A stretch of DNA of 63,101 bases, counting the filler, from Collodictyon triciliatum (Eukaryota): the NCBI GenBank assembly GCA_043381765.1. It is 5 parts of 5 records of this genome, joined end to end, with 100 filler letters (N's around TTAATTAATTAA, not from the genome) between each part and the next. Parts side by side here need not be neighbours in the genome. Positions count along the whole stretch, not along the records: positions 37,789 to 53,775 come from JBHJMP010001606.1; positions 53,876 to 61,778 come from JBHJMP010001653.1; 3 more parts are not named here. One strand, given 5' to 3'. Positions within the stretch are counted from its first letter, which is position 1; every line of letters begins with the position of its first letter. A program made the translations under genes and the position numbers. Below, piece after piece: positions 39,454 to 55,714 of this stretch. The notes under the pieces are model-generated. The model was not told the origin of the DNA. It worked only from the letters and a program-made list of their open reading frames with translations, and made no database searches.

Positions 39454-40010
39454 AAGTATTCTGCTTTGCCTTTTACACTTCGCTTCCATGTGTCCTCGCC
39501 TGCGTTCGTTGCAGAAAAAGGACTTCAAAAAATATGGAAATAAAAAAAACGAAAGAAAAATGGCAATTCATAATCATTTGGTTGGTGATAAGCCCTCAGA
39601 GTTGATTGTGACTAAGATGTGAGATGCGGTAAAAAAAGAAATCTCAAAAGGAACTAGACTATTATACGTCCCATTTATACTATAGATACTTTGGTTTGAG
39701 GAGAGGAACGAATGAATATGTATATCGGAACACATTAGAATGAAGCCTGAAGAAAAAGAATGGTAACCCCGATTGTGTTACAGAGCACGAATAATTGACG
39801 CACAGCTATTATCCTTCGAATACGAGATAAAAAAAAAATAAAAGAACTGAAAAGAAGTGAAAGGTGCAAAGGTAAAAATGACAACAACACCAAAGAAGAG
39901 GCGAGAGACATGAAGAGAATTGAAATGCAAGCACATGCGATAGGGATGTATAGAATTATATAAAAAAGAGGTATATTGCCGTAAAGCCGTTAATCTAAAA
40001 GTATGGTCCT

Positions 40011-43925
<3,915 letters not shown>

Positions 43926-44469
43926 ACCTGTGTAATTTCGAAAGAGAGCAGCTAAACAAAACCTGCCCATTCCCCCAGCACACACATACATCGCACACAT
44001 ACACCGCACACATATAGCATACTCACCCAAGCAAACACTGGGGCTGCTTCCAACCTCCATCCAAACACTGCCCCAAATAAACTCTGGCAAAAGTGCAACA
44101 ACCAAAGCGCAAACCACCCAAAATACTCGGGCCTGTCGCGTACTTGCCTGAGGCCACGAATGTTGGATAACCGCCACAGACGGCGCCACGCATCTCCTTC
44201 CGGAATAGGCATCTCCGACCTGAGTCTGACAAATGTGGAGATTATATGTTAGCCTCGATTCAATCTGATATCCCTTCCTTCCCTTTAATTGAATGAGAAA
44301 AAAAATTGTTCGCCTAGCTTCTCAGCCGGGTTAGAAAAGGACGTTCCCTCAGTGGGCCAGATACGTGCGAATCGTTCGTGCCTGTCGCTGCGTATATTGC
44401 TGCCAAGCTGACAAAATGCTTCGGGTGCACATAAGCCTGAGGTTGGGGTTGGGGAATGAGAGGGCGGAT

Positions 44470-46446
44470 TTATTCGGCGTTGGCAGCATCGCGCTGGGCA
44501 ATCTTTGCCTCGATGCGCTCCTTGCGCTGGGCATAGGTCAGGCGGACTGGGCGGTGGCGCACCTGCTGGGCAGGGACCTTCTTTGTGGTGTTCTTGGCTG
44601 CGGGGTCCTTGCGGATGGCGGCGTGGCAGGCCTTGTACAGCGACTCCAGCTTGTCGGCTGTGGCGCCGGCCTTGATGAAGGTGCTGAAGTGGGCGTTGTA
44701 CTTCTCCTCGTCGTCATCCTGCATCTGGCGCATGTAGTCGGCCACGTGGCCTCCGAAGATGCGGCGGCGGAGCTCCTTGGGGTCGAAGCTCTTCGCGTCC
44801 TTGGTGAAGCCAGGGAAGCGGTTGGGCTTGTGCGGGATGCGGAGGCCTCCATCGACGGCTCCCTGGTTGGTGTGCGAGGACGCATCAGTGGTTGTGTTGG
44901 TTCACTCAGACAGTTAGTTGGTTGGGTAAGAGGTTTGTATGGCTATGATGTGGCGTGGGTCTGCGAATAGGGCTTGCCTTGAGGGCGCCGAAGACGCGGT
45001 GGCCGGTGGTGGTGGCGACAAGGCCGACGTCAAGGAAGGTCTGGAAGGGGCGCGGCTGGCCCTCCTCAGTGGGGTCTTCGACCAGGTAGAACTCACCAGT
45101 GGCCTGTCAGTTACGTGTGGGCCAGAGTGTGAGTCAGGGGGTCGCGGTTGGGGTGACAGGTTAAGCAGGGAGTGTGGGCGTGAAGGTGGGGTCAGCGAGT
45201 GTGGGTGCTCTGGAGCTGACTCACTTCCTTCTTTCCGACGTATTGGGTGTCGAGCTTCAGCTTCTGGAGAACACGGCGGGCAAGGAGGAGGCCGGTGGCG
45301 TAGGCTGTGAGAGTGGTATAGTTGTGAGAATGCTGTAGCATGTCTTTGGACGCGACTGAACAAGAGTAGAATGTGACAAACCAGCGGCGTAGTTGGTCAG
45401 ACCGAAGCTGACACCATAGCGGGGGAGCTCGTGGGCGTAGGCAGCTGTGAGGCACACATCACCAGAGATCTTGGCATAGAAGACCTGGGCGATGACATCC
45501 TTGTTGGTCTGGAAGCAGTAGGTTAAGGTGTGTAACATGGAGGGTGTCTCAGAGGCAACAGAACCCGTGTGTGGACGATCCAATTTTCAGGGAAATTGGG
45601 TGCATATATGAGTCTGTTCGTCATGTCTAATGTCTGGTTCAGTCTCAAAGGATACGAAACGGACAACGAAGCGGTACTTGGGCGAGTTGTACTTGTTCTT
45701 GTCCTGGATGATAAGTCCTTTGCGGGCGCGGTAGTCGGTCTTTCCCTCTGTTAGTAGACATAGGTTAAATACTAGAATGGTGTGATAAGTAGAGGGGGAA
45801 GAAAATAGGGACACTCTAGATCTCCCATTTCAAAAGATGAATTATGGCGTGGAATTGCAGCTACTAACGGCGGCGGCGGCGGTACTTGACTTGGAAGCGC
45901 TTGAAGTAAGCTTTGTTTTTGACGAGCTTGACGAAGGCCTGGGTGGAGGTTGGGTTAGAACTTGTGACAACTCTCCTACGGAGATATGATCTGGAAACTG
46001 GGCGAGAAGGATCGGGGTGAAACTGAGGCTCATGTCCGCGATCGAGATCAGTCCGTTGTGACATGTTCGTCCTGGGTGGGAATATATGCCAAAAGTCATG
46101 TCGGCCAATCTTGTGCCGGAAATTGCGCCCTAATTCTGTCAGGAAATGGTGGACTCGATACAAGTGCGCTCGATACTCGCACTGAACCACGGATTATTTT
46201 TTTGCGGTCTTGAAGGTCTGATAGAGCCAATCCAAATTTTTCTCGCTTCGTAAGGTCTTGACATGGTTACCAAGTGTTATGATAAAACAGAGCAGTGATC
46301 GAATTTCGTTTTGCTCTTCTCTTACAACGGAGTTGTGCGAAGAGACCTCCTCCGACGGGCTTCGTTACTTCTCTTATCTCTTTGGCTAATGTTGGTATAT
46401 GGGAAATCTGCTGTGGTTCTTGTTTTAAGGAGGAAGCACTTACCAT
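44470..46446 (-). CDS. RPL5: 60S ribosomal protein L5 (uL18)
   Basis: ATG|intron|[29 protein letters not shown]...[22 protein letters not shown]...[10 protein letters not shown]...[17 protein letters not shown]...FGALK|GAVDGGL...AHFSTFI...HAAIRKDP; strong C/G-ending codon bias. Confidence 0.99.
44863..44977 (-). other. GC-AG intron in RPL5
   Basis: AAG|GCAAGC...ACCAG|GGA; removing it gives the conserved FGALK-GAVDGG. Confidence 0.85.
45509..45655 (-). other. U12-type (minor spliceosome) GT-AG intron in RPL5
   Basis: 5' site GTATCCTTT; branch point ACCTTAAC about 13 nt upstream of the CAG end; removal gives VVRF|TNKD. Confidence 0.85.
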
Positions 46447-46928
46447 TTGATGTCGGGGTCTGAGGGAGGTGCAAGATTGCCTCTGGTGTTTGCACAATAA
46501 CGGGTTGCCGGAGGCGGAGCGAATGTACGAAAGAGACTCATTGCTTTTGCGAAAAATACTTTCTCCCGAACTTGATCAATTTTTGTTATCGACGCCAGCC
46601 AAAAAAGGCAATATATTAAGTTCGAATGATGTAAATCTATCAGCATAAAAGGAAATTTCTCCGACTTCTCCCATTTTCCACAAGTTCGGTCAATTGATGC
46701 CAAAATCGTGACCCATGCATGAAGTTACATCTAGATCATGAAAATTGTAATAAAAATACATAAAAAATAAAAGTATAATCATTATATTTAATAAATTTAA
46801 AAATTTAAAATCAATTACATATATTCCACATTAAGAAAATAGAATATTCTGATTGCTTTTTCCCAGCCTCTGATGGCTCTAAACCGGCGCTTTTTCTCCT
46901 GGCGCGACAGAATTCTTAAAATCTTTGA

Positions 46929-46930
46929 AA

Positions 46931-46986
<56 letters not shown>

Positions 46987-46996
46987 AAATAAATAA
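46929..46996. repeat. (AAAT)n microsatellite
   Basis: Seen directly. Confidence 0.95.
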
Positions 46997-47518
46997 AAAC
47001 AAACAAATAAACATACAAACATACTAACATACAAATAAACAAATAAAAAATAAACAAATAAACAAATAAACAAACAATTATTAAATAAAATAAGAAAATC
47101 ATCAATCAATCTGCTATTCTCTGCCTATTGTATTTCATTCGTTTCTCTTCCTTTTCTTTCTTGACCCAAAGAGTATCCCATCCATCCCAACTCGGTAAGA
47201 CATGCTAACCTGCCCCTTAAATCTAATTAGGGAGTTAGATACTCATTATGTTCTTTTAAAATGCGTATACACGAATAGCTACTAACTAGCAGAAGCACAG
47301 AACATTATTCAAAAAAAAAAAAAAAAAGGGACAGGAAAGAGATATGCTCATAGCCAAAAGTTTATTTATTTTACCCCTTTATTCATTAGAGATCAATTGA
47401 ATTGCAACGGAGCAAACAGATATATAAAAAGAAATATTGCAAATGACTAGCTAGCTAGTCGTAACAATTGTAGGTAAGTCAATTCATGTAAGCAAGAAGC
47501 AAGAAGCAAGAAGGTGTA

Positions 47519-50500
47519 TCATGCGGTGTCCAGTACTGATTTTACAGGCTTCCTTGAGAAATTACTTCTTACCGCAACAAAAATGTCGACATCAGGGTGA
47601 TTCCCTACAGCACAATTTTGTGTGACCTTGTCTACAAGTTCAAAGTCAATGGAGGGACAGAATCCTTGCAAGGGGAGTAGCCTTTCGAAAACCATTGCCG
47701 TTTCATGGTATATGTCCTCGCTTTCCAATAAAACAGAAAGGCTCAATATCGTATGCAGCAAGTCATTGCTTTGCAATTGCTTGGAAAGTTTTTCAACTAG
47801 AGGATTTCCATCTACTTCCTTCAATTTTAACAATTCGCATATAGTCAAAATCAGAGATAGGAAGCGCAAAGTTTTGGCGTGGAGTTGTGCCTTTCTGATT
47901 TGGGCGTTATCGGAAGAACGTTGAGAAATCGATGGAATGGATGAGATTTGTTGAGTCAAGAGCCACCCGTACCGACGGCAAACGTGGACGATGTTTGTAT
48001 TTTCTTGTACAACAAAATTAAGGCCCAAATTTGTTTGAATAAAGGACTGGAGGCATGCCCAAGATAAAGTCGATAGGAGATGAGAAGAGTGAAAAAGAAG
48101 CGACATTAATACTGGCAATATGTCTGGCTTGCTCTCTACAAACCATTCCATAGATCCATGCATTGAGGTGTTACAAAGACCGATGATGGATGCCTCTGTC
48201 AAACAAGGAGCCTGGCTTGACATAATACAATGTCCGTAAGTTGCAACAAAAATCTCCTTATTCGAGGTTACGTGTTCTTTCACCAAAGCCATGTTAGAAG
48301 AGAGATGAAGAGCAAAATATTTCAAGGTCATTTGAAGCCCTGGAAGATTTGTCCAGCTGTTCGTTTCATAAATATGAGTGTTACTTGCAACATTCAAAGA
48401 TAACACACATAAATCAGGATATTTAGCCAGAATATTGACCCATTTTTCATTGAGCTTGGAATATATGATTTCTGCAAACTCTAAATTTCTTATTGAGCGT
48501 GACAACACACCCAAGACGATTAAGGCCAAAGGATACTTCGATGCTAGTTTGATTAAGACAGGAACAACATAGCGAGATGAAATTATGCCCAGCAAACACT
48601 TTTGATACGTTTCAATTTGCGCAAGAAACCATAGTGGACAAGACTCTGGAAAGTATTGCAACAACAGGTCATTAAAGTATGGCTTCACCATTGAAAATTC
48701 CTGGGCAACTTCTGCAAAATTGGCATTTTCTTCGCTCAATTTCGAGAAAATATGGGAAATTATAGACAAAAACAAGGGAGCACCCAATACTTTTTTGATT
48801 CGCATCATTTTGTTCACAAAGTATGATTCACTGGAATCTGTGAACACTATTAAAGAGCCAATGGCGTACATGATACTTGATGAGTATGTCAAGGATGAAT
48901 GATATTCCATTAGGTTCAACATCGAAGTATCATTCAAGGGGAATGCTTTCATACATTCTTCATAAGCGTGCCTACTTTGCTTGCTATGACCTAGTTGAGA
49001 GTAAGCATATGCCATGTTCAACACCAAAGAAGGGTCATCAAAGTTGGAACCGATAAACTTCTCTGCAAGTTCTATGCTCTGATGTAAATAGAGCTGTCTA
49101 ATGGAATCAAATTCAAAAGAATATGTCGGCATATTAGATTTTGACTGGGTTATTATGGTACTGATTTTTTCTATCCAGGGAAACGATGTCCATCTTGTTT
49201 CAGGTCTTATTTCACTGATGTCGTCAACATATTCTAAATGGCAGCTTTGCAATACCTCATTCTTGAGCCTAATCCCAAGATGGTCCAGCACACGCATAAA
49301 GACGATATTGGTATTTAGTGTGTTACCAAATTCTTCGTCTGAAACGAGTGGTAAACTAGAACACATGGGGTATTTTAATTTTATCCGTCCAAGCCAACTC
49401 AAGCGATCATTTTCGTGCTCCAGGATCGATAAAATGAATCCAAATATATGGCCTTTCAATTCTGAATAGGGCATGTTGCACTTTGCACGGAGAATGGCTC
49501 TTCCCTCTTCTTTCATAGTTCGACTCAGCATTTCACAAGCCAGTAGACATTTCCACATTTCACTCTGAGGAGAAGGTTTCAATGCGAGCATTTGATAAAT
49601 TCGCCCCATGAATCTAAGGTTGATCCCAACTTGATGGAGGTAGACGCATACATGTCTTTGTGGTTCAATGGGAAGGCAATCAATCCAGGTTGAAATATGC
49701 TCATTTAAAAGGTAATAAGTTGCCCGCTGGATAGAGGCTCTGGCCAAAAATTTCTCTTGAGGACGGCTTGAAACTGTTCCAACATCCTCTGCCTCACAAC
49801 AAACGGGCTCAGGGTATATACGAAGAAACTCATGCCTAAAAAAACTTGTATTTTTCATTTCAGGTAGGAATCTAGGGCTGGTAAAATACTGGTCGATTAC
49901 TGTTCCATCAATAGATGGAAAAATATTTTGCGACTCGAATAAGTATATCCGTTGGTCTGTCGATCTATTACAAAAAAAAAAAAAAAGAAGTTACTGTAGA
50001 TATTAAGTCATGTATATATACATGAATAAGAGTTGAGTAATGAAGGAAAAAAAGAGTAAGAGAAAGAGGAGAACGAGGAGAAAGATATGGAAAATGAGAC
50101 ATACCGAAATGCCATCATCCCTGGGTGGCCATAGTACCATTTTTGCTGATTAAGAGAACCTTGCACATTGCAATATTGAAAGAGAGACTGAATATGGTGA
50201 ATGACGATTGGACTATCCTTTGAATCTTCTATACCCACAGAATTATCATACACCAAATTGCTATTTTCTTCAAAAATGCCTGTATCTGCTGTAAATAGAA
50301 ATCGAAAGCCAAAATAGTTTATCATAATTGATAGCGGAGAGAATATTCCTCTCTTTGATACGTAATGGGGATTCGGTGTATTTTCAAAAACAGATTCCTC
50401 CTTCCATGATTTCCTCATAAAGTTTTCCAATGTGATAAAAGATCGAAATTCATTCGCGAGGTAATTCTTTGCCAAATGCTCATAATCAAATTTTGAACAA

Positions 50501-53077
50501 TCCGGTCTTGATAGCTAGATGGCAAAAATAGTTAAATGGTAGATGCTAGGAATGTGTCCTATATTATTTTGATATCATATTTTGTCAAGTAAATTTATTT
50601 ATTTATTTATTAAAACAAATGAATAAAACAAAGATTAAAATAAATATAATATTTTACATGCATACCTGAAACATAATTCGATTGGAACAGAACACGTTTT
50701 TTCTAACCAAATAATCGTGCTTCAGAAGAGGAGAAGAGGTTCTATTCAGTGATCGGGATTGCCTTAGAAACCGATAAGCGACCGAGAGGCATGCTTTTTC
50801 GAAACTGTAAAGCAAATTTTGTATTTCTCTAATCAAATCAAGAATGTCACTCAAATCTGCTAGTTTTTGAATGTATTCATGATAGCTTTCCTTGAGCTCT
50901 TGATATTCCCAATCCCAATCCCGGTTGACGTGATATATGAATGATTCTGTCCAAGGTATATACTCCTCTCGAGGCACTAGAATGAATTGATGAGAAAAGC
51001 GGGTATCTCTCAACTTTCGATTCCTAAATGAAGATGATGCCATGTGAGCCCATATAGTTACTCTTAAAAGAGAAAATCTCTGGGAATCAAAAACAGGAAT
51101 AGATGAGGGACCAGTCCAAGTTGTCCATCCATCCTCATTTGTAGTAAAGAGCTCATTTTCTTCAACTTCTTCACACCACCGTATTTGATGTTGTGAGATT
51201 TGCAAATAGCTAGTGTAGAATCCATAATCAACAGATAATATTGCATGATAAGGTTCCCATGTTCGGAACCGACTAGATTTATTTACTGGGATCCAAATTA
51301 GACCAGACATTCTTCCAAGACTCTTTTCAGAAACTTCAGGTAGGCACTTTGGTCGAGTCTCTATCGATTCAACCCCATTGTGTGATTCCTTACTTTTCTC
51401 CCTACTTGACGAGGATGATTGGTTCCTGATTGGCCCAGAGACTGTTCTCCTCCTTCTGAATAAAGAGAATGTTACTGAGCCTTTTGTGGTCCATGTCGGT
51501 ATATCAGCCAAACCGGTTGATGGCTGAGTTTGGTTGCCATCTTTTCTGGTATGGACATTAAGAGCGGCATGCATAATCGGGGCTGTCGTGGGGCCAAAAG
51601 TTGGTTTCCATGTGACATGTCTCGGCAAGGATATTTGGTGGTTTGTGTGGGAAGCTTGCGTGGCCTGGGAAAGAGAATTGGTGTTCGAAGATGTGGATGA
51701 CGATGAACTGCTATTAGGTAACATCGCAGAGGAGGATATTGCCGACAGAGCCATAGACGGGGTTCTTTTAGAAGACGCAGATCGTACAGCACACCGGTGC
51801 TTCCCTGTTTGCTGTATAGATGACTCAGAAGTTAATTCATTTGGAGACCAATCTGAGTACCACAAAGGGTCATCCTTCACCAAGTTCAGTAGGACCTCCT
51901 GCAAGGAAGCCTTTTGCAAGGGAGACTGGCTGGTTTGATTGCAATGTATGGTGAGCAAACACCTGAACCAGAGAAACGTGTTTTTCTTTGGAACGAAATA
52001 GCATTCAAAGATATTGGTCTCCTCAGACCCAGAAGACGGAGGGTGTGCAGAATTGGGGGCAGTGGAATGGTCTTGCGACGAGTGTGTGGGGGGATTGGCG
52101 GTAGCGCTCGAGACAATGCAAGTCTGCCTCTGCTGAGGCAAAGGCTGCGAGGGAGTCGCGATGCTGGAGAAAGAGGAATGAAACGAGCGCGAATTCCCAA
52201 CCACAGCCAAGTGCGGAGTGGTTTGACCTGCCACAGACGCCTCCGGCTGGAGATGAGGATCCAGGTAAAGGTGATCTTCGGCCACGTTTTCGCGCTGAGT
52301 CCTTGCGCTGGGGGCGTCGGAGCCGACCGATGGCCTATGCAGAGCAGCTGCCTCGGGCTGCACGGCGATGCGCAGATGGATGGATGGCGTGGATGAAGAT
52401 GAAGATGAAGAGGAAGAGGAAGAGAAAGAGGAAGAGGAAGAGGAAGATGAAGATGAAGATGAGGACGTAGATGAGGACGATGCGTGGCGGGCCAGAGATA
52501 CGGCCAGAATCTGGCCGATGTTCCATTCACCCTTGGGCTGGGCAGCCGCGTCCGGCCGCTCCGAGAAGTAGACAATGCGGTCTGTGTGGAGGAAAGCGTA
52601 GCGCCGGCGCCATGTCTTGAAGAGCTGTCCGCGCTTTGTGATCCAGCCCTCGAGGACCGAGCCGCTCTGGTGCTCGTTTATGCTGCAATCCCTGCCCGTG
52701 GCTGCTGCAGACGTGGGCCGATTGAAGCCAACCTGGTCTGCGCTTGGATAGGGCGCAGCCTCAAGCGCGTCGGTGATCTCCTCGCCGCAGCTTGTTCTGT
52801 CCGACTGGTCGTCCTGGAAAAGGAGCTGTGTGGTGTCGATTTCGGTCTCCTCTGGCTGGGCAGGCGTTCGCAACATGTGGCGGGGATGCTCGGCTGGCTT
52901 GTGGGGTGAATCAGATGAAACGTGGCTGATCTTTAGAGAGACGATGGGCGGCTTGTCGTAGGTTTTCTTGTATTCTGGTGCTATGTCGCTCTTCTTTTTG
53001 TGCTTCGTTTCTCTGCTTGTCTGCTCGGGTTGTGTTTGTGCTTGGGCTTGTGTTGGAATAGATTTGGGACATGACAC
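47519..53077 (-). CDS. Large PH-domain + Clu (clustered mitochondria)-like domain protein with a helical C-terminus, 3 exons
   Basis: PH: LEGWITKRGQLFKTWRRRYAFL; Clu-like: LANEFRS, PLSIMINYFGFRF, DQRIYLFE, FFRHEFLR, LHQVGINLRFMGRI, LACEMLSRTMK; GT-AG joins near 50666/50515 and 50104/49965; first in-frame ATG is at 52876, so the start is uncertain. Confidence 0.8.
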
Positions 53078-53875
53078 AAGGCACGTACTTCCAGATTTGA
53101 ATCATAAATGTGGATATTATAAATATACCTTAATTACATGTACAAATTGCAATATAAGCATATTTAGTAAATTAAAAAAATCGCAACATGATAAACAGCG
53201 TAAAGTGAGAATATTTCGGTATAGCAGTTGCCAACTTCTATATAAAGACAAAACAAATTGTCTGCAATTCCGCGACCGTTCCAAAAAAATAGACCATACT
53301 TGGAAGAAATCTGGCACAAACGGCATGAAAGACCAACATCCGGTGACGTCATGCTATTACACCCCGCCAAAGCAAAGTTGCAAAAGTCACTCGCCTGCCA
53401 CACGCAAGGCACAGCAAAGCGAAGCAAAACGCAACACACACAATTCAGTCACAGGGATATTCGCGCTCGAGAAAGAGCAGAATACTTGCCCAGGCCTCCG
53501 GACGATTTCTTTGCTCTGTGCGCGCGGCCTTTGTGCCTGCGAAGCAGCCCGGCTGTGGACAGTTCCGGTCTGTGTTCTCTGTCCCCTGTCTTCTCTCCCT
53601 TTTCTCCAACGGGCCAAAAGAATCGTGGTGGTCGAAGAAAACAGCGGGGCCTACCTCCAACCACAGCATCCCCTCCCCATAAAAAAAAAAAAAGAAAAAA
53701 AAAGAAAAAAAAAGAAAAAAAAAAAAAAAGAAAAAAAAAAAAAAAAAAAAAAAGAAAAAAAGAAAAAAAGAAAAANNNNNNNNNNNNNNNNNNNNNNNNN
53801 NNNNNNNNNNNNNNNNNNNTTAATTAATTAANNNNNNNNNNNNNNNNNNNNNNNNNNNNNNNNNNNNNNNNNNNN

Positions 53876-53911
<36 letters not shown>

Positions 53912-54736
53912 AGGAAAAAAAAAAAAAAAAAAAAAAAAAGGATTGTTGCCTCTGGAAGAATGCATGGAAAGAGCATACCCCTTCACTCATTTATGCGTCC
54001 TCCATATGCCCATTGACAACCTATTCTATACATCAGAATCATTACATATTTCCATTGCATTAGCTCAAAAATAAAGTAAAAAAAAATGCACCAAACAATG
54101 TCAGAAGAAGAATAAAAAAAAACAAAGGTGAATAGATGGATGCGTGATGTCTGGGGGTGGACACACAAACAAAAGTCGCCGAATCTGCAGACACAGTACA
54201 CCCGCCCCTACCGACTACTATCTGTATTTCCGGTATGAGAATGCAGCTGCCCTTCGATAAAGATAAGATCATCAAATATGGACATAGATTACAACGATTC
54301 TTCGAACATTCCATCCAAATATGGAGCCGCCTCCCTTTTTCGCCCAACTTGAAATCATTGCACTACACTTTCATCATTTGTGGAATACATACCGTGGCCA
54401 TAAAACCCTATTTCAAAACCAAACCAACATTAATTTTTTCAATCTCAGCTCCCGTAATTATCGACTTCAGAGAGCAGAAATCGCCCCAAGGTCTAGCCAA
54501 CCAAGCGCCCGCACCCATATTCAGCCATGAAAAGCTCGACCACTTTGCCTCCTCACATGATCGAGCGGATATATGGCTAGGAGTGAAGCCAAGAGAAAGA
54601 AGATTATCATTATCATTATCATTACTCTAAAAATAAAAAGAAGGAAGGTGGCTGCCGCTCAGCCTGTTGCTTCTTGGCTGGCTTGCCCTGTCGATTTACC
54701 CGAGCGTTTTCTGCAATAAAGTCAAAACAGGAAAAC

Positions 54737-54888
54737 ATGATGAACATCTTCCCCCAAATCGCCCGCCGATCCCGTCTGATTCTTGGGATGGCCTCGGTCT
54801 CTGTCGGAGTCGGAATCGCCGCGTCTCGAGGTTACGTGCGCCCTGTCGTTGCCGAAGAAGAAGGCGCCTTCAGCCCAAAGGAGTTCCG
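54737..54888 (+). CDS. First exon of a probable mitochondrial NADH-cytochrome b5 reductase (MCR1-like); remainder not visible (gap follows)
   Basis: Presequence plus anchor MMNIFPQIARRSRLILGMASVSVGVGIAA, then AFSPKEFR|GT, resembling the ALSPKEF start of the FAD-binding domain. Confidence 0.55.
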
Positions 54889-55714
54889 GTTGGCCTAAAA
54901 ACAAATATTCGCATTTTNNNNNNNNNNNNNNNNNNNNNNNNNNNNNNNNNNNNNNNNNNNNNNNNNNNNNNNNNNNNNNNNNNNNNNNNNNNNNNNNNNN
55001 NNNNNNNNNNNNNNNNNNNNNNNNNNNNNNNNNNNNNNNNNNNNNNNNNNNNNNNNNNNNNNNNNNNNNNNNNNNNNNNNNNNNNNNNNNNNNNNNNNNN
55101 NNNNNNNNNNNNNNNNNNNNNNNNNNNNNNNNNNNNNNNNNNNNNNNNNNNNNNNNNNNNNNNNNNNNNNNNNNNNNNNNNNNNNNNNNNNNNNNNNNNN
55201 NNNNNNNNNNNNNNNNNNNNNNNNNNNNNNNNNNNNNNNNNNNNNNNNNNNNNNNNNNNNNNNNNNNNNNNNNNNNNNNNNNNNNNNNNNNNNNNNNNNN
55301 NNNNNNNNNNNNNNNNNNNNNNNNNNNNNNNNNNNNNNNNNNNNNNNNNNNNNNNNNNNNNNNNNNNNNNNNNNNNNNNNNNNNNNNNNNNNNNNNNNNN
55401 NNNNNNNNNNNNNNNNNNNNNNNNNNNNNNNNNNNNNNNNNNNNNNNNNNNNNNNNNNNNNNNNNNNNNNNNNNNNNNNNNNNNNNNNNNNNNNNNNNNN
55501 NNNNNNNNNNNNNNNNNNNNNNNNNNNNNNNNNNNNNNNNNNNNNNNNNNNNNNNNNNNNNNNNNNNNNNNNNNNNNNNNNNNNNNNNNNNNNNNNNNNN
55601 NNNNNNNNNNNNNNNNNNNNNNNNNNNNNNNNNNNNNNNNNNNNNNNNNNNNNNNNNNNNNNNNNNNNNNNNNNNNNNNNNNNNNNNNNNNNNNNNNNNN
55701 NNNNNNNNNNNNCT

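Noticed and set aside
44470-46446. RPL5 as fungal contamination or horizontal transfer (GC-rich codons, CTAAC branch sites)
   Set aside because: Contiguous with native SNF1 and PH-Clu genes without gaps; codon bias is expected for a highly expressed gene
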